Shown here in pieces: positions 9,491-20,433 of a DNA stretch of 64,000 bases. This DNA comes from Oceanispirochaeta sp. (GTDB taxonomy: Bacteria > Spirochaetota > Spirochaetia > DSM-2461). The first letter of the stretch is position 1. Each line of letters opens with the position of its first letter. The stretch is from NCBI GenBank assembly GCA_963666275.2, contig CAXXOA010000002.1, forward strand, positions 2,016,001 through 2,080,000. The letters are read 5' to 3'. The position numbers and the translations under genes were made by a program. The notes below the pieces were generated by a model that was given only the letters and a program-made list of their open reading frames with translations, did no database searches and was not told where the DNA came from.

Positions 9491-10069
9491 TCAGATTACG
9501 CCTTTTGTTGACATATTCCCAGAACTGTCCCCGGCTCGCCGGAAAGCCTGAAAGAGGGCTCTTCCCAGAGATTTGAACAGGGCTTCCGCCATATGGTGAC
9601 TGTTTTCACCGTATCGGCAGATCGCGTGGATGTTCAGCCCCCCTCTGTTTGCCAGGGCCTGCAGGAACTCTTTGATCAGAAAGAAATCAAAATTTCCGGC
9701 ACTCTCCTGGGGCCATTCCGCCTGAAGAACCAGGTAGGGACGGCGGCAGACATCAATCACAACTTCCGAAAGGGCATCATCCATGGGGATCACTGAATGG
9801 CCGTAGCGTTTGACAGCTCCGGTCTCTTCGAAGATTTTCATCAGAGCATCACCCAGAACAAGACCTGTGTCTTCAATCAGGTGATGAGGATCCACCTCTA
9901 TATCGCCTCTGGCTTCCACTTTGAGGGTAAATCCTCCGTGAAAGGCCATGGCATTGAGCATATGGTCGAAAAAGGGCAGACCCGTATTGACGGAGACCTC
10001 CGGACCTCTGTGCATATCCAGTTCCAGCCGGATCGCAGTTTCTTTTGTTTCCCTGTTGATTCCCACCAT
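9491..10069 (-). CDS. hisB: imidazoleglycerol-phosphate dehydratase
   Basis: RETKET, FFDHML, D.HH..ED, PMDDAL, NSHHMAEA, STKG. Confidence 0.96.
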   Translation of the reverse strand: MVGINRETKETAIRLELDMHRGPEVSVNTGLPFFDHMLNAMAFHGGFTLKVEARGDIEVDPHHLIEDTGLVLGDALMKIFEETGAVKRYGHSVIPMDDALSEVVIDVCRRPYLVLQAEWPQESAGNFDFFLIKEFLQALANRGGLNIHAICRYGENSHHMAEALFKSLGRALFQAFRRAGDSSGNMSTKGVI

Positions 10070-10072
10070 GTT

Positions 10073-10690
10073 TCAATCCTCCCTGATCTGTTCAATAAAA
10101 CGGTTGATGGCTTCGTAATGAACCTTGTAATAGGCCGGATTGGCAATGAGATAGACTTTGATATCCCGGAGCTTCTGGATGACTTCCAGATTGTTGGCTT
10201 TCAGGGTACTTCCTGTCTCTACAAGGTCGACGATACAGGGCGCCAGTCCCAGTACCGGGGCCAGTTCCACGCTCCCGTTGAGTTTGATGATCTTTACAGG
10301 AACACCCTGTTCGTGAAAGTAGCGTCTTGTCATTTCCGTATAGCTTGTGGCTATGGTCAGCGGACTTTCGGATGTTTCAAAACTGAAATCCTTTTTTCCT
10401 GCCAGACTCAGGCTTGTTCCTCCGAAGGAGAAGGGCAGAAGCTTGTGGAATCTATGGCCCGACTCGTAGATCACATCTTCGCCGCAGACCCCCAGTCCGG
10501 CAATCCCGTGGTTTACATAGGTGGGAAGATCGTGGTTTTTTACAAGATAGATTTTAAGATTTTTTTCCCGGTCATAGGCGACCAGTTTTCTCTTCTCTAT
10601 TTCAAAGAAAATTCCCTTCGTTTCAAGGTGCTTCTGTACTGTATCAAAAAGTCTTCCCTTGGGCAGGGCTATTGTCAGGGGTTCTCCCAT
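10073..10690 (-). CDS. hisG: ATP phosphoribosyltransferase, short form
   Basis: IALPKGRL, GSVELAP, IVDLVETGSTLKANNL; 205 aa. Confidence 0.96.
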   Translation of the reverse strand: MGEPLTIALPKGRLFDTVQKHLETKGIFFEIEKRKLVAYDREKNLKIYLVKNHDLPTYVNHGIAGLGVCGEDVIYESGHRFHKLLPFSFGGTSLSLAGKKDFSFETSESPLTIATSYTEMTRRYFHEQGVPVKIIKLNGSVELAPVLGLAPCIVDLVETGSTLKANNLEVIQKLRDIKVYLIANPAYYKVHYEAINRFIEQIRED

Positions 10691-11796
10691 TATTCGGCTC
10701 CTCCTTTCTCTCTTTCGGCCATGGCTTTTCTGTAACGCTCCGCTGCGGACATATGGCGTTTCTCCGAAAGAAGTTCCGCTCCAGTACCTGCTGTTTTAAA
10801 CTGGCTGAGTTTTTCCATCTTTCTCAGAAAAAGCGAGAATCCCACAGACGAGGCCGGCGTCTCTCCGGTATAGCCGAAATTTTCCAGGAGCCCGTCATAA
10901 CGGCCTCCCGATGCCATGGCTGTACCGCATCCATCCGTATAGGCGTTGAAGACGATCCCGGAGTAGTAGGGCAGGTCTCCGGTTTCGGAAAGGTCAATCC
11001 TCAGGGAATCTTCAAACTCCCCCAGATCCTTCCAGCCCTGATAGAGGCTGTCCAGATATTTCAGGGGTGCCTCCAGGATCCCCTCGAGCAGTTTTGACCA
11101 TGCAGGAAGGGCGGAGCGGAATTCCTCTCCTGTTCCGATAAAAAGGAGAAGCAATGTCAGTTCCTGAGCGTCCTCTTTCTTATAGACAGTCTGCAGGATT
11201 TCCAGAATCCCCTCGTGTTCCCGGTTATGGAGTCTTTTTCCCAGGTTCCGGTTCTCCTCCCTGGAAAGGGGGGCGGATACGGCCCGGAATACAGGCATGG
11301 AACCGATATGGATCCGGCTTAAAGGCAGTTTGAACTCCTTCAGGATCTGAGCCAGAAGGAACAGAATCTCCAGGTCCCCTTCTTTTCCGGGGCATCCGAT
11401 CAGCTCGCAGCCAGTCTGAAAAAACTCATGGTTTGTTATATCCTCATGATCCTGATGACGGAGGATTGAATCCCCGTAATGGACTCGGACGGGCATGTCC
11501 TCCTCCGAAAGGGTCATTCCCATCTGCCTGGCCAGAAAGAGGGTGATATCAGATCGGAGCATCATAAGATCTCCTTCTCTGTCTATCAGTTTGAAAGTCT
11601 GTTCCTCAAGTTTGGTATCCAGCAGGGGACGGTAGTTGTCATAGAAATCGAACACAGGGGTCTGAACGGGAAGGTAGCCCCAGCTTTCGGTAATGTCTTC
11701 CATATGCCTGAGAATCTTTTTATGACGGAAGGTCTCCTCCAGGTAGAGGGTTTCAGTTCCGTGAGGTATTCTCAGCAGATTGTTTTTCATTCTCAA
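10690..11796 (-). CDS. hisZ: ATP phosphoribosyltransferase regulatory subunit
   Basis: HisRS-like LRSDIT, EFFQTGCE, YYSGIVF, GGRYDGL; adjacent to short hisG. Confidence 0.92.
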   Translation of the reverse strand: MRMKNNLLRIPHGTETLYLEETFRHKKILRHMEDITESWGYLPVQTPVFDFYDNYRPLLDTKLEEQTFKLIDREGDLMMLRSDITLFLARQMGMTLSEEDMPVRVHYGDSILRHQDHEDITNHEFFQTGCELIGCPGKEGDLEILFLLAQILKEFKLPLSRIHIGSMPVFRAVSAPLSREENRNLGKRLHNREHEGILEILQTVYKKEDAQELTLLLLFIGTGEEFRSALPAWSKLLEGILEAPLKYLDSLYQGWKDLGEFEDSLRIDLSETGDLPYYSGIVFNAYTDGCGTAMASGGRYDGLLENFGYTGETPASSVGFSLFLRKMEKLSQFKTAGTGAELLSEKRHMSAAERYRKAMAEREKGGAE

Positions 11797-11942
11797 ATAT
11801 CTCCCTTGTATAAGCTTTCGGAAATTTCCCGTTTAAAAAGAGGATCTTTCCTATCGCTTTATGAATAAAGGGGTAAATTTATACCAGTTTTATTCATGTC
11901 CCGATTTGTATGGTGGCAGTATAGTACATTCAGCCGCTCGAT

Positions 11943-13589
11943 TCAACGCAGTTTCATGGCATAAGAGGTGAGAGCTCTTACAATCCGGTCGGCATCATCC
12001 TGACGGAGCTCTTCGTTTCGTATCGCCCAGGAGTTATTGGGGTAGGAAAGGTTCCGGATTTCCACCAGAACAGCGGCGCCGGCGGGATTCTCTGAGAGCA
12101 CCCGGAGCTCCTGGGGGTGCGTATAGGAACCCATTCCCAGGTAGGCTGTCATAAAATCGGCCATCTCCTGGGATTCTGTCCCGGCGGCTTCGGGATGGTA
12201 GACCACTATGGACCCTTCCCCCGCATAGGGCTGGTTATCCGCATGGATGCTTATAAACAGGGTTTTGTCCCTGTCATGGGACCCGTAGAAGTCTTCCGCC
12301 ATCTCCACGCGGCGGTTCAATCCGGTTCGTGTTCCCACAGGCCAGCTGGAGGGGAGGTTGGTTCTGTTATAGGATTCATTGTTCCAGACCTCATTTTTTT
12401 CGTTCACAAAGGTCAATGAAGCATCGGGAGACTGTCTTATCGTATGGTTGGGGCTCAAAACCGTGAGGAACACTTCCGCTCCATGGCGTTTGAGATCCTT
12501 ATACACCCGCAGAGCAATATCATAGCAGTATTCATCTTCCACCACATAGACCGTATTACCCCGGCCGTCCCTGTTTTCGACGATCGCGCCGGGATCCACA
12601 CCCCCGTGTCCTGGATCAATCACAATCCTGTAACCCTCCAGGGAGTGTCCCAGAGAAGGGAGAGTCTCGATGGCTCTGTCAAAATCATTGAGGAGTTCCC
12701 GGGCTTTCCTGTAATTGGCCAGTGGACTCTCCAGATCTTCTTCCGCATAGAGGCTGTCGGGCTGGGTGCGTTTCCGGGTGGGCAGAGCATAGTAGAGAGG
12801 AGGAGAGTAGTTCAGAGCGGCAAGGCGGACTTCGGGTATCACTGTTTCTGCCTCCTGAGGGCCTGCACTCTCCTCTTCGGTGGTTTCCTCTTCCAGTACG
12901 AGGGGGTAGAGCTGCAGGGTCTGTCCGACCCTTATGTTTTCGTCCTGCAGATTGTTCCACTCCTGCAGGCTCTTCATGGTGATATTGTAACGGTTTGAAT
13001 ACTTCCATAGGGAATCTCCCGGACCTACTGTGACAGTCTGGGGCCGGGGATCGGTTAGATCCAGAATCTGTCCCGGATGAAGGTAGGGCTCTCCCAGGCT
13101 GTTTATCTGTTTCAGTCTTTCCACCGAGAGGTTGAATTTCAGGGATATCCAGGAGAGGGTGTCTCCCTCCCGGACAGTCCATGTTTCGTTTTTCAGGGGC
13201 GGCCGGATCAGTTCCAGAATCATCCCGGCTTTCAGTTCCTCCGGGGTGATCCGGTTCAGAGCTCCCAGAGCGTCCATATCATTGCCTGTTGCCAGGGCAA
13301 TGCCCGAAAGGGTATCTCCGGGTTTCACAAGATAGGTTCCCGGATGTGCGACGGGAATCTTCAGGATCTCCCCTTCAATCAACATGTCCCTGTCAAGATT
13401 GTTTGCCTCTTTCAGATCCTCCATGGAGACCTGATAGCTGAGAGACAGTCCATAGAGAGTGTCTCCCTTCTCCACCTGATGAGTTACAGGTTCCGCCTGA
13501 ATCAGGAAGGGGATAAAACCCAGCAGGAATAGAAGGAAAAGTAAATAAGCCAGTACTAATTGTGTGAAGATCTGCCTGATAGGGGTCAT
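11943..13589 (-). CDS. LysM-domain N-acetylmuramoyl-L-alanine amidase
   Basis: Four LysM repeats (V..GDTL..I) plus Amidase_3 motifs IDPGHGG, SIHAD, VLVE. Confidence 0.9.
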   Translation of the reverse strand: MTPIRQIFTQLVLAYLLFLLFLLGFIPFLIQAEPVTHQVEKGDTLYGLSLSYQVSMEDLKEANNLDRDMLIEGEILKIPVAHPGTYLVKPGDTLSGIALATGNDMDALGALNRITPEELKAGMILELIRPPLKNETWTVREGDTLSWISLKFNLSVERLKQINSLGEPYLHPGQILDLTDPRPQTVTVGPGDSLWKYSNRYNITMKSLQEWNNLQDENIRVGQTLQLYPLVLEEETTEEESAGPQEAETVIPEVRLAALNYSPPLYYALPTRKRTQPDSLYAEEDLESPLANYRKARELLNDFDRAIETLPSLGHSLEGYRIVIDPGHGGVDPGAIVENRDGRGNTVYVVEDEYCYDIALRVYKDLKRHGAEVFLTVLSPNHTIRQSPDASLTFVNEKNEVWNNESYNRTNLPSSWPVGTRTGLNRRVEMAEDFYGSHDRDKTLFISIHADNQPYAGEGSIVVYHPEAAGTESQEMADFMTAYLGMGSYTHPQELRVLSENPAGAAVLVEIRNLSYPNNSWAIRNEELRQDDADRIVRALTSYAMKLR

Positions 13590-13656
13590 ATGTTTTATAT
13601 CGCCCGATTTGGCAGGTCGGTTAAGGGGAAATTACAGGAGACGCCCGGTTAATTTG

Positions 13657-14187
13657 TCAGTCCCTGGTATAGAAGATCAGCTCAGACCGCCCGTAGCGGC
13701 GAAGATCGTATTGTCTGAAACTGCCCAGAGTCTCGGGGTAGCTCTCCTCGCCGGGGTAGTGCATTGTCAGGGTTCCTCCGGGTTTCAGCACCCCGGTTTT
13801 TTCAGCAAGCTCCAGGATCTTGAGCTTCTCCTCCATGGGAAAAGGGGGATCCATATGAACCAGGTCGTAGCTTTCGGAACAGTGTTTGAGATAGCGTTCC
13901 ACAGGCTGAAGAAAGAGTTTTATCTCTGTTTCGACCCAGGAGATGTTCTCCTGAATGGTCTTCTTCTTGATAAAGTCCTTTTCGACGAGATGCACAGGCT
14001 CGGCCCCCCGGGAGGCCGCTTCTATTCCCACTGATCCGGATCCGGAAAAGAGGTCCAGATAGGATAACCCCTCCATGGGTCCCAGTATGGAGAACATGGA
14101 TATCCTCATCCTGTCCATGGCGGGTCTGATGACTCCTTTGGGGCATTTTATGGTTCTGCCGTTGTAACGGCCTCCGGTTACTCTCAT
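13657..14187 (-). CDS. rsmD: 16S rRNA m2G966 methyltransferase
   Basis: RP..DR.R, LDLFSGSG..GIEA.SRGA, DPPF. Confidence 0.92.
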   Translation of the reverse strand: MRVTGGRYNGRTIKCPKGVIRPAMDRMRISMFSILGPMEGLSYLDLFSGSGSVGIEAASRGAEPVHLVEKDFIKKKTIQENISWVETEIKLFLQPVERYLKHCSESYDLVHMDPPFPMEEKLKILELAEKTGVLKPGGTLTMHYPGEESYPETLGSFRQYDLRRYGRSELIFYTRD

Positions 14188-14192
14188 TTTTA

Positions 14193-16259
14193 CTATCCTG
14201 TGGCTATTAGGTTTTCACTGAATGGGGGAGCGCTGTTCCAGAGCTCTCTCAGTACTTTATGGGAATCATCCATCAGATGGGGATCTTTTTCAAGGATCCG
14301 GCGGACATCTTCCCGGGCGCGAAGAAGGGAATCCGTGTCTCTCACAAGATCGGCGATGTGAAGACGCATATAGCCGGACTGACGGACCCCTGTTATTTCT
14401 CCCGGACCCCGGAGCTTCAGATCCTCTTCGGCTATCCTGAATCCGTCTGTGGACTCCATTATGATTTTCAGACGCTGTTTTCCCTCGTCAGTGAGTTTAT
14501 TGCTGTAGATCAGAAATGTATAGGACTGAAGGTCACAGCGACCGACCCGTCCCCGCAGCTGGTGGAGGGCGCTCAGACCGAAGCGTTCGGCATGTTCTAT
14601 GACCATGATGGTGGCATTGGGGACATCCACGCCCACTTCCACCACGCTGGTGGCAACCAGAATATGGAGTTCCCCTCTGTTGAAGGCCTCCATGGTGGCA
14701 TCTTTTTCCTCTTCGGGGATACGGGAGTGGATCAAACCCAGCTTTCTCCCGGGAAAGGCTTTGTGAAGGTCCTCATACATGGACTGGGCGTCCTTGAGGT
14801 CCAGTTTTTCCGACTGCTCGATCAGAGGATACACAAAATAGGCCTGCCGTCCCCTGTCCAGCTCCCGGCGGACAAAGTCATAGACCTTCTGTTCATTTCC
14901 CCCCCTGGCCAGGTGGGTTTCAATGGGTTTACGCCCGGCAGGCATGGTTTTGATGGTGGATACATCCAGGTCGCCGAAGGCGGTCATCGCCAGGGTCCGG
15001 GGAATCGGCGTGGCTGTCATAAACAGCATATCCGGCTGATGCCCCTTGGAGGCCATGGCCTGTCTCTGGGCCACACCGAAGCGGTGCTGCTCATCGATCA
15101 CTGCCAGTCCCAGATCCCGGAAGATCACATCCTCTGTGAAGAGCGCATGGGTTCCTATGAGAAAGTCTATATGCCCCTCTTTCAACTCTCTAAGAAGTAT
15201 CCTTCTCCCTTCGGACTGGACATTCCCCGAAAGGAAGGCTATCCGGAGTCCCAGTTTTTCCAGGTACTTGATGGCATTTTCCGCATGCTGACGGGCCAGA
15301 AGCTCCGTCGGAGCCAGAAGGGCTGCCTGCCGGCCCGCTTCCACCATATTCAGAACGCTCAGAAAGGCGACAAGTGTTTTTCCCGAACCTACATCTCCCT
15401 GGATCAGGCGGTTCATAGGTCTGGGAGAAGCCATATCCAGGCATATCTCATCGAGCACTTTGTTCTGATCAGGAGTGAGCTCAAAGGGGAGAGATTCCCT
15501 GGCTTTGTTTTCAAGCTGCCGGGGAAGCTCCTTAAGCCCTGTTCCGGTATGCTCTCTGAGTTGGACTGCATTCTTCCCTACCGCCGTCTGAAGATGAAAG
15601 AGTTCTTCGTAAATAAAATAGGACCTGCCAGTTTCCGCTTCCTCCGGAGTTTCCGGTGTATGGATGTAACTGAGGGCCCTTTTCCTGTCGGGGAATCCGT
15701 AGCGCTCCCGTATGGAAAGAGGGAGTTCCTCCGAAAGGCCGGGCGTGTACTCCTTGAGAGCCTGGGAAACCGCTTTGCGCAGTACATTCTGATTGAGAGT
15801 GCCTCCCAGAGGGTAGACAGGAAGTATCGTTCCGAACTTTTCGGGGGTTTCGCTGAGCGGTTCGAATTCAAAGGCTCCGCACTGCCACTCTCCGTACCGG
15901 TACTGGAACTGTCCGTACACGTAGATCTCCGAATCGGGAATCAGTTTCTCCGCCAGAAAATTCCGCCCGAAACAGAGGAGGGTTCCCCGTGTGCTGTCGT
16001 CTTCTATTATCACTTTCAGGGTCATTTTTCCCTTCCAGGGAAAACTCTCCCTGCCGACCACCGTAGCCCGTGTATTGGCAGGCATGACGCCGGCGGCCTC
16101 CAGAATGGTCCGGGGGGTCTGATGATCTTCGTAGCGGGTGGGAAAATGGGAGAGGAGCTGGCCGATTGTGAGTATACCCAGGGCAGACAGAGATTTGTGA
16201 TGACCCGGACCGATCCCTTTGAGCCGGTTTACGGGCTGCCGGAGCTCCCCTTGAAACAT
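14193..16259 (-). CDS. recG: ATP-dependent DNA helicase RecG
   Basis: QGDVGSGKT, DEQHRFG, TATPIPRTL, LHQLRGRVGR, DLKLRGPGE. Confidence 0.97.
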   Translation of the reverse strand: MFQGELRQPVNRLKGIGPGHHKSLSALGILTIGQLLSHFPTRYEDHQTPRTILEAAGVMPANTRATVVGRESFPWKGKMTLKVIIEDDSTRGTLLCFGRNFLAEKLIPDSEIYVYGQFQYRYGEWQCGAFEFEPLSETPEKFGTILPVYPLGGTLNQNVLRKAVSQALKEYTPGLSEELPLSIRERYGFPDRKRALSYIHTPETPEEAETGRSYFIYEELFHLQTAVGKNAVQLREHTGTGLKELPRQLENKARESLPFELTPDQNKVLDEICLDMASPRPMNRLIQGDVGSGKTLVAFLSVLNMVEAGRQAALLAPTELLARQHAENAIKYLEKLGLRIAFLSGNVQSEGRRILLRELKEGHIDFLIGTHALFTEDVIFRDLGLAVIDEQHRFGVAQRQAMASKGHQPDMLFMTATPIPRTLAMTAFGDLDVSTIKTMPAGRKPIETHLARGGNEQKVYDFVRRELDRGRQAYFVYPLIEQSEKLDLKDAQSMYEDLHKAFPGRKLGLIHSRIPEEEKDATMEAFNRGELHILVATSVVEVGVDVPNATIMVIEHAERFGLSALHQLRGRVGRCDLQSYTFLIYSNKLTDEGKQRLKIIMESTDGFRIAEEDLKLRGPGEITGVRQSGYMRLHIADLVRDTDSLLRAREDVRRILEKDPHLMDDSHKVLRELWNSAPPFSENLIATG

Positions 16260-16267
16260 TGTGAGCT

Positions 16268-16855
16268 TTAGAGTCCCTGTATATAGCCGAGAAGGAAGGC
16301 TATGGCGAAAGACAACCCTGTCCTGACAAGGAGAAGGACAAAAGCCGAGATTCCCAGGGCTGTGGAGAATCTTGTATTTTTTGTGGTAAAGAATCCCAGA
16401 ATCCTGGAAACCACTTTATACAGCAGATTATCAATCTGAAAGAGGAACTGATGGGACCAGCCTGAAAAGAACACAACAGTGATCAGGCGGAAAACCATAA
16501 GGACGATCAATGCATCCATGAAAAAGGAGATGAATCCCCAGGCGCTGCGGATTATATAGGCCAGGATAAGACCTATTGTCAGATGCCCTGTGGCCGCCAG
16601 GGATGTGAAAATCTGCGAGACCAGACCCAGCAGAGCAATGGCCACCACCGGAGAGAAATCCAGGAAGCCGAACCGGAGCCAGGAAATATTCCGGAATTTA
16701 TTCATATAGGGATCTGTGAGTTTTATGACAATTTCCACACCCTTTCCGTTCATCCGTCCCTGAAACCAGGATAGAAGCACTCTGAAAATGATGAGAAGCA
16801 TGTAGAGCGATGTCACAGCAGAAAGTAATCGGAACACACCTTGAAGCGGGGTCAT
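16268..16855 (-). CDS. YggT family membrane protein
   Basis: RVLLSWF...LTDPY...G.LDFSP.VA. Confidence 0.85.
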   Translation of the reverse strand: MTPLQGVFRLLSAVTSLYMLLIIFRVLLSWFQGRMNGKGVEIVIKLTDPYMNKFRNISWLRFGFLDFSPVVAIALLGLVSQIFTSLAATGHLTIGLILAYIIRSAWGFISFFMDALIVLMVFRLITVVFFSGWSHQFLFQIDNLLYKVVSRILGFFTTKNTRFSTALGISAFVLLLVRTGLSFAIAFLLGYIQGL

Positions 16856-16943
16856 GTACCCTCCTGTTTAAAATAATCTTTCATACCAGCCGGTCCTATA
16901 AAAATACAAAGCTTTTACTGCCGGGGCAAGTCATTGGGGAGGA

Positions 16944-19900
16944 TTACTCCTTCCAGACGGATTTAACAATAGGGTATCGGTCGATTTCCTGCAAGGCTTC
17001 CGCATGGGAAGCCACTGCGAGTTGACCCGAAACTTTGATCACAACCGGGCCGTCGGGCCTTTTCAGATGCAGAAAGACCGTACTGTTTCCGTTATTATCC
17101 TGCAGGAACGAGCGGAAGTCGACAAGTTCTTCATGTTCAAAGTCCTTTTCTGCCATCTCTATGTGCACTTCACTCTGCTGAATCTCTCTCATCTCTTCGG
17201 GAACAATGACATCTTTGACCTTAAAACTGGGTTCGCTCCTGGAAAGATCCACCTGACCGATGAATCCCAGAACCCTGTCCTCTTCCAGCATATGCCCGTA
17301 CTGTTCATAGACCCGGGAGAAGAGAACGATATCAACGGTTCCCTTGAAGCCTTCCACCGTTCCGAAGGCCATTTTTGTTCCCCGTTTGGTCATGGTCTGG
17401 CGCATACCCTTTATCATCCCCAGAATGGTGTAATCCTTGTCGGGGGAGGCCCGTCTTACATTATCCAGTTTCAGGTTCACGCACTTTTTCCAGAAATACT
17501 CGTAGCTGTCCAGGGGGTGCCCGGAGAAGTAGAATCCCAGATTGTCCTTTTCGATCTGCAGGATATCCCGGCTCTCCCAGTCATCCTGAACCTCAATTTC
17601 CAGTTCCGGAGTGATCTCTTCTTCATAATCGCCGAAGAGCGAGGCCTGTCCGTACATGGAACGCTCTTTCTGGGAGTTCACAAAGTCCAGGATCCTGTCC
17701 AGATTGTGCATCAGAGTGGCCCTGTTGTAGTTTTCAATCTTGTCAAAAAGGCCCGACTGGATACTGACTTCAAGAACCTTACGGTTGACGCAGCGCAGAT
17801 CCACCCGTTCCAGCATATCCTGGAGAGATTTGAACAGGCCGTTGGCATTCCTTTCCCGGATGATTTCATCTACTGCGGAGGATCCCATTCCCTTGATACC
17901 GATCAGTCCGTAGAAGACTTTTCCGTCCACAACGTTGAAGTACTTTTCCGAGTAGTTGATGTCCGGGGGAAGGATATCAATGCCCTCTTTTCTGGCCTGC
18001 TCCATATAGAGGGTCATCTGGGTGGTGTCATTGATCTCATTGGTCAGGTTGGCCGCCCAGAATTCGGCGGGGTAGTTGGCCTTGCAGTAGGCTGTTTTAT
18101 AGGCAACCACAGAGTAGGCCGCCGCATGGGATTTATTGAAACCGTATCCTGCAAAGGGTTCCAGCATGTCGAAGATTCCCGAGGCATGTTTTTCGTCAAA
18201 CCCCTTTTCCCGGGCTCCCGCCAGGAACTCGACCTTCATCTTTTCCATGTCTTTGACTTTTTTCTTACCCATGGCCCGGCGGAGGATGTCCGCTTTACCA
18301 AGAGAGAAGCCGCCGATGATCTGGGCTACCTTCATTACCTGTTCCTGGTAGACAATAACGCCGTAGGTCGGGGTGAGAAGCTCTTCCAGAGTGGGATCGG
18401 GGAACTTGATGGAGGCGGGGTTTTTCTTCCCCTCGATAAACTGGGGAATAAACTGCATGGGCCCCGGCCGGTAGAGGGCGTTCAAAGCGATCAGGTCCTC
18501 TATGTTATTGGGCCTGGCCCGGCGGAGGATATCCTGCATTCCCGAGGATTCAAACTGGAACACCGCCGTACTTTTTCCCTCGCTGAGCATTTCAAAGGTC
18601 TTTTTATCGTCATCGGGCACATCGTCCACGTTGAAATCGGGGATTTTCTTCTGTACGAGCCTTTCGATGTTCTTCAGAAGGGTCAGGGTTTTCAGTCCCA
18701 GAAAGTCCATCTTAACAAGACCGCAGGGTTCGATGATATCCATGGTGAACTCGGTCGTGATTTCACCGGTCTTCTGATCCTTGTAGAGAGGGACATAGTC
18801 GGTAAGGATCGAGTTCCCGATGACCTTACCGCAGGCATGGGTGGATATATGGCGGTTCATTCCCTCCAGAACCTGAGCCACATCAAATAGCTCTTTATAA
18901 GCTCCGCCCCGGTCGTAAAACTCTTTCAGTTTGGGCTCCACTTCCAGAGCCACGGCTGCGTTGATTTTCCGGCCGTCGGGAGTTTTGCCTTCGGGGACCA
19001 GCTTGGTGATCGCATTGGATTCGCCGAAGGGAATATCCAGAACCCTGGCCACATCTTTCAGTACCGCTTTGGTTTTCAGGGTTCCGAAGGTACAGATCCC
19101 CCCCACCTGGTCATGACCGTATTTCCGGTTCACATATTCGATAACCTCGCCCCGCCGTTCGAAGCAGAAGTCGATATCAAAGTCAGGCATGGAAACTCGT
19201 TCAGGGTTGAGAAACCGCTCAAAAAGAAGATCATATTTCAGGGGGTCGATGTCGGTGATACCCATGGCATAGGCAATGATGGATCCCGCTCCGGAGCCAC
19301 GTCCGGGGCCAACAGGGATATCGTGGGTCCGGGCCCAGTGTATGAAGTCCCATACAATGAGGAAGTATCCTTCGAATCCCATGCCCAGAAGAATCTCAAG
19401 TTCATAGGCCACCCGTTTTTCTATGACCTCCGTAACCGTTTCGTACCTGTTTTTGATTCCCTCCCAGGTCAGATGGGTCAGGTATTCCGCCTGGGTTTTA
19501 AAGTTATCGGGGATCACATATTCCGGAAGGATCGGACCGGGCTGGGGTATGGTGAGATCGCATTTCTCGGCCAGGCGGACTGTGTTTTCCAGAGCTCCCG
19601 GGATATCACCGAAGAGTTCCTGCATCTGTTCGGGAGTTTTGAAATACATCTCGGTTTTATCCATCTTGAAGCGTTTTTCATCATCCAGTTTCTTTCCGGT
19701 ACCGATACAGACCAGGATGTCCTGGGCCCGGGCATGCTCTTTTTTCAGATAGTGGATATCGTTGGTGGCTATGACGGGGATTCCTGTTTCGGCATGGAGC
19801 TTTTTGATCCCTTCAATCACGATTTTCTCTTCCGGGATATCGTGGTCCATCACTTCCAGATAGAAATTTCCCTCTCCGAAGAGCTGATTGTAGTAAAGGG

Positions 19901-20369
19901 CTTTCTCTTTGGCTTTGTCGTACTCTCCCGCCACCAGATACCGGGGGATCTCTCCTCCCAGACAGGCGGTGGAGCAGATCAGGCCTTCGTGGTACTTTTC
20001 CAGAAGTTCATCGTCGATCCGGGGCCGGTAGTAGAATCCTTCGGAGTATCCTTTGGAAACCAGAACCATCAGATTCCTGTAACCCGTTTCGTTTTTGCAG
20101 TAAAGTACCATGTGAAAGTTTTTATACCCGGTGGTCTGTTTTTCAAACCGGGTTGTGGGAGAGACATAGACTTCGCAGCCAACGACGGGATTGATACCGG
20201 CGCCATGGCAGGCCTGTTCAAACCGCAGGGCTCCGAACAGATTCCCGTGGTCTGTGAGTCCCAGGTGTTTCATCCCCATTTCCTGGGCCATTTCAATGTA
20301 CTTGGGGATCCGGGCAGCGCCGTCCAGTAGAGAATAATCCGAATGGTTATGAAGATGAACGAATTCCAA
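16944..20369 (-). CDS. dnaE: DNA polymerase III alpha subunit
   Basis: PHP HLHNHSDYSLLDGA, GRGSGAGS, PDFDIDF, YGFNKSH; TTG start 20369 behind GGAGG. No intein apparent. Confidence 0.97.
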   Translation of the reverse strand: MEFVHLHNHSDYSLLDGAARIPKYIEMAQEMGMKHLGLTDHGNLFGALRFEQACHGAGINPVVGCEVYVSPTTRFEKQTTGYKNFHMVLYCKNETGYRNLMVLVSKGYSEGFYYRPRIDDELLEKYHEGLICSTACLGGEIPRYLVAGEYDKAKEKALYYNQLFGEGNFYLEVMDHDIPEEKIVIEGIKKLHAETGIPVIATNDIHYLKKEHARAQDILVCIGTGKKLDDEKRFKMDKTEMYFKTPEQMQELFGDIPGALENTVRLAEKCDLTIPQPGPILPEYVIPDNFKTQAEYLTHLTWEGIKNRYETVTEVIEKRVAYELEILLGMGFEGYFLIVWDFIHWARTHDIPVGPGRGSGAGSIIAYAMGITDIDPLKYDLLFERFLNPERVSMPDFDIDFCFERRGEVIEYVNRKYGHDQVGGICTFGTLKTKAVLKDVARVLDIPFGESNAITKLVPEGKTPDGRKINAAVALEVEPKLKEFYDRGGAYKELFDVAQVLEGMNRHISTHACGKVIGNSILTDYVPLYKDQKTGEITTEFTMDIIEPCGLVKMDFLGLKTLTLLKNIERLVQKKIPDFNVDDVPDDDKKTFEMLSEGKSTAVFQFESSGMQDILRRARPNNIEDLIALNALYRPGPMQFIPQFIEGKKNPASIKFPDPTLEELLTPTYGVIVYQEQVMKVAQIIGGFSLGKADILRRAMGKKKVKDMEKMKVEFLAGAREKGFDEKHASGIFDMLEPFAGYGFNKSHAAAYSVVAYKTAYCKANYPAEFWAANLTNEINDTTQMTLYMEQARKEGIDILPPDINYSEKYFNVVDGKVFYGLIGIKGMGSSAVDEIIRERNANGLFKSLQDMLERVDLRCVNRKVLEVSIQSGLFDKIENYNRATLMHNLDRILDFVNSQKERSMYGQASLFGDYEEEITPELEIEVQDDWESRDILQIEKDNLGFYFSGHPLDSYEYFWKKCVNLKLDNVRRASPDKDYTILGMIKGMRQTMTKRGTKMAFGTVEGFKGTVDIVLFSRVYEQYGHMLEEDRVLGFIGQVDLSRSEPSFKVKDVIVPEEMREIQQSEVHIEMAEKDFEHEELVDFRSFLQDNNGNSTVFLHLKRPDGPVVIKVSGQLAVASHAEALQEIDRYPIVKSVWKE

Positions 20370-20433
20370 AAAAAGCCTCCCAACTCTCAATGCTGCAGAA
20401 AGTATAATATCCTTGGGAGGATTTTTGAATCAC

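Noticed and set aside
14259..20330. Long + strand ORFs (670, 628, 405 aa)
   Set aside because: Antisense shadows of recG and dnaE with no recognisable motifs.
16944..20369. Intein in dnaE
   Set aside because: Length and motif spacing are ordinary; no insertion evident.
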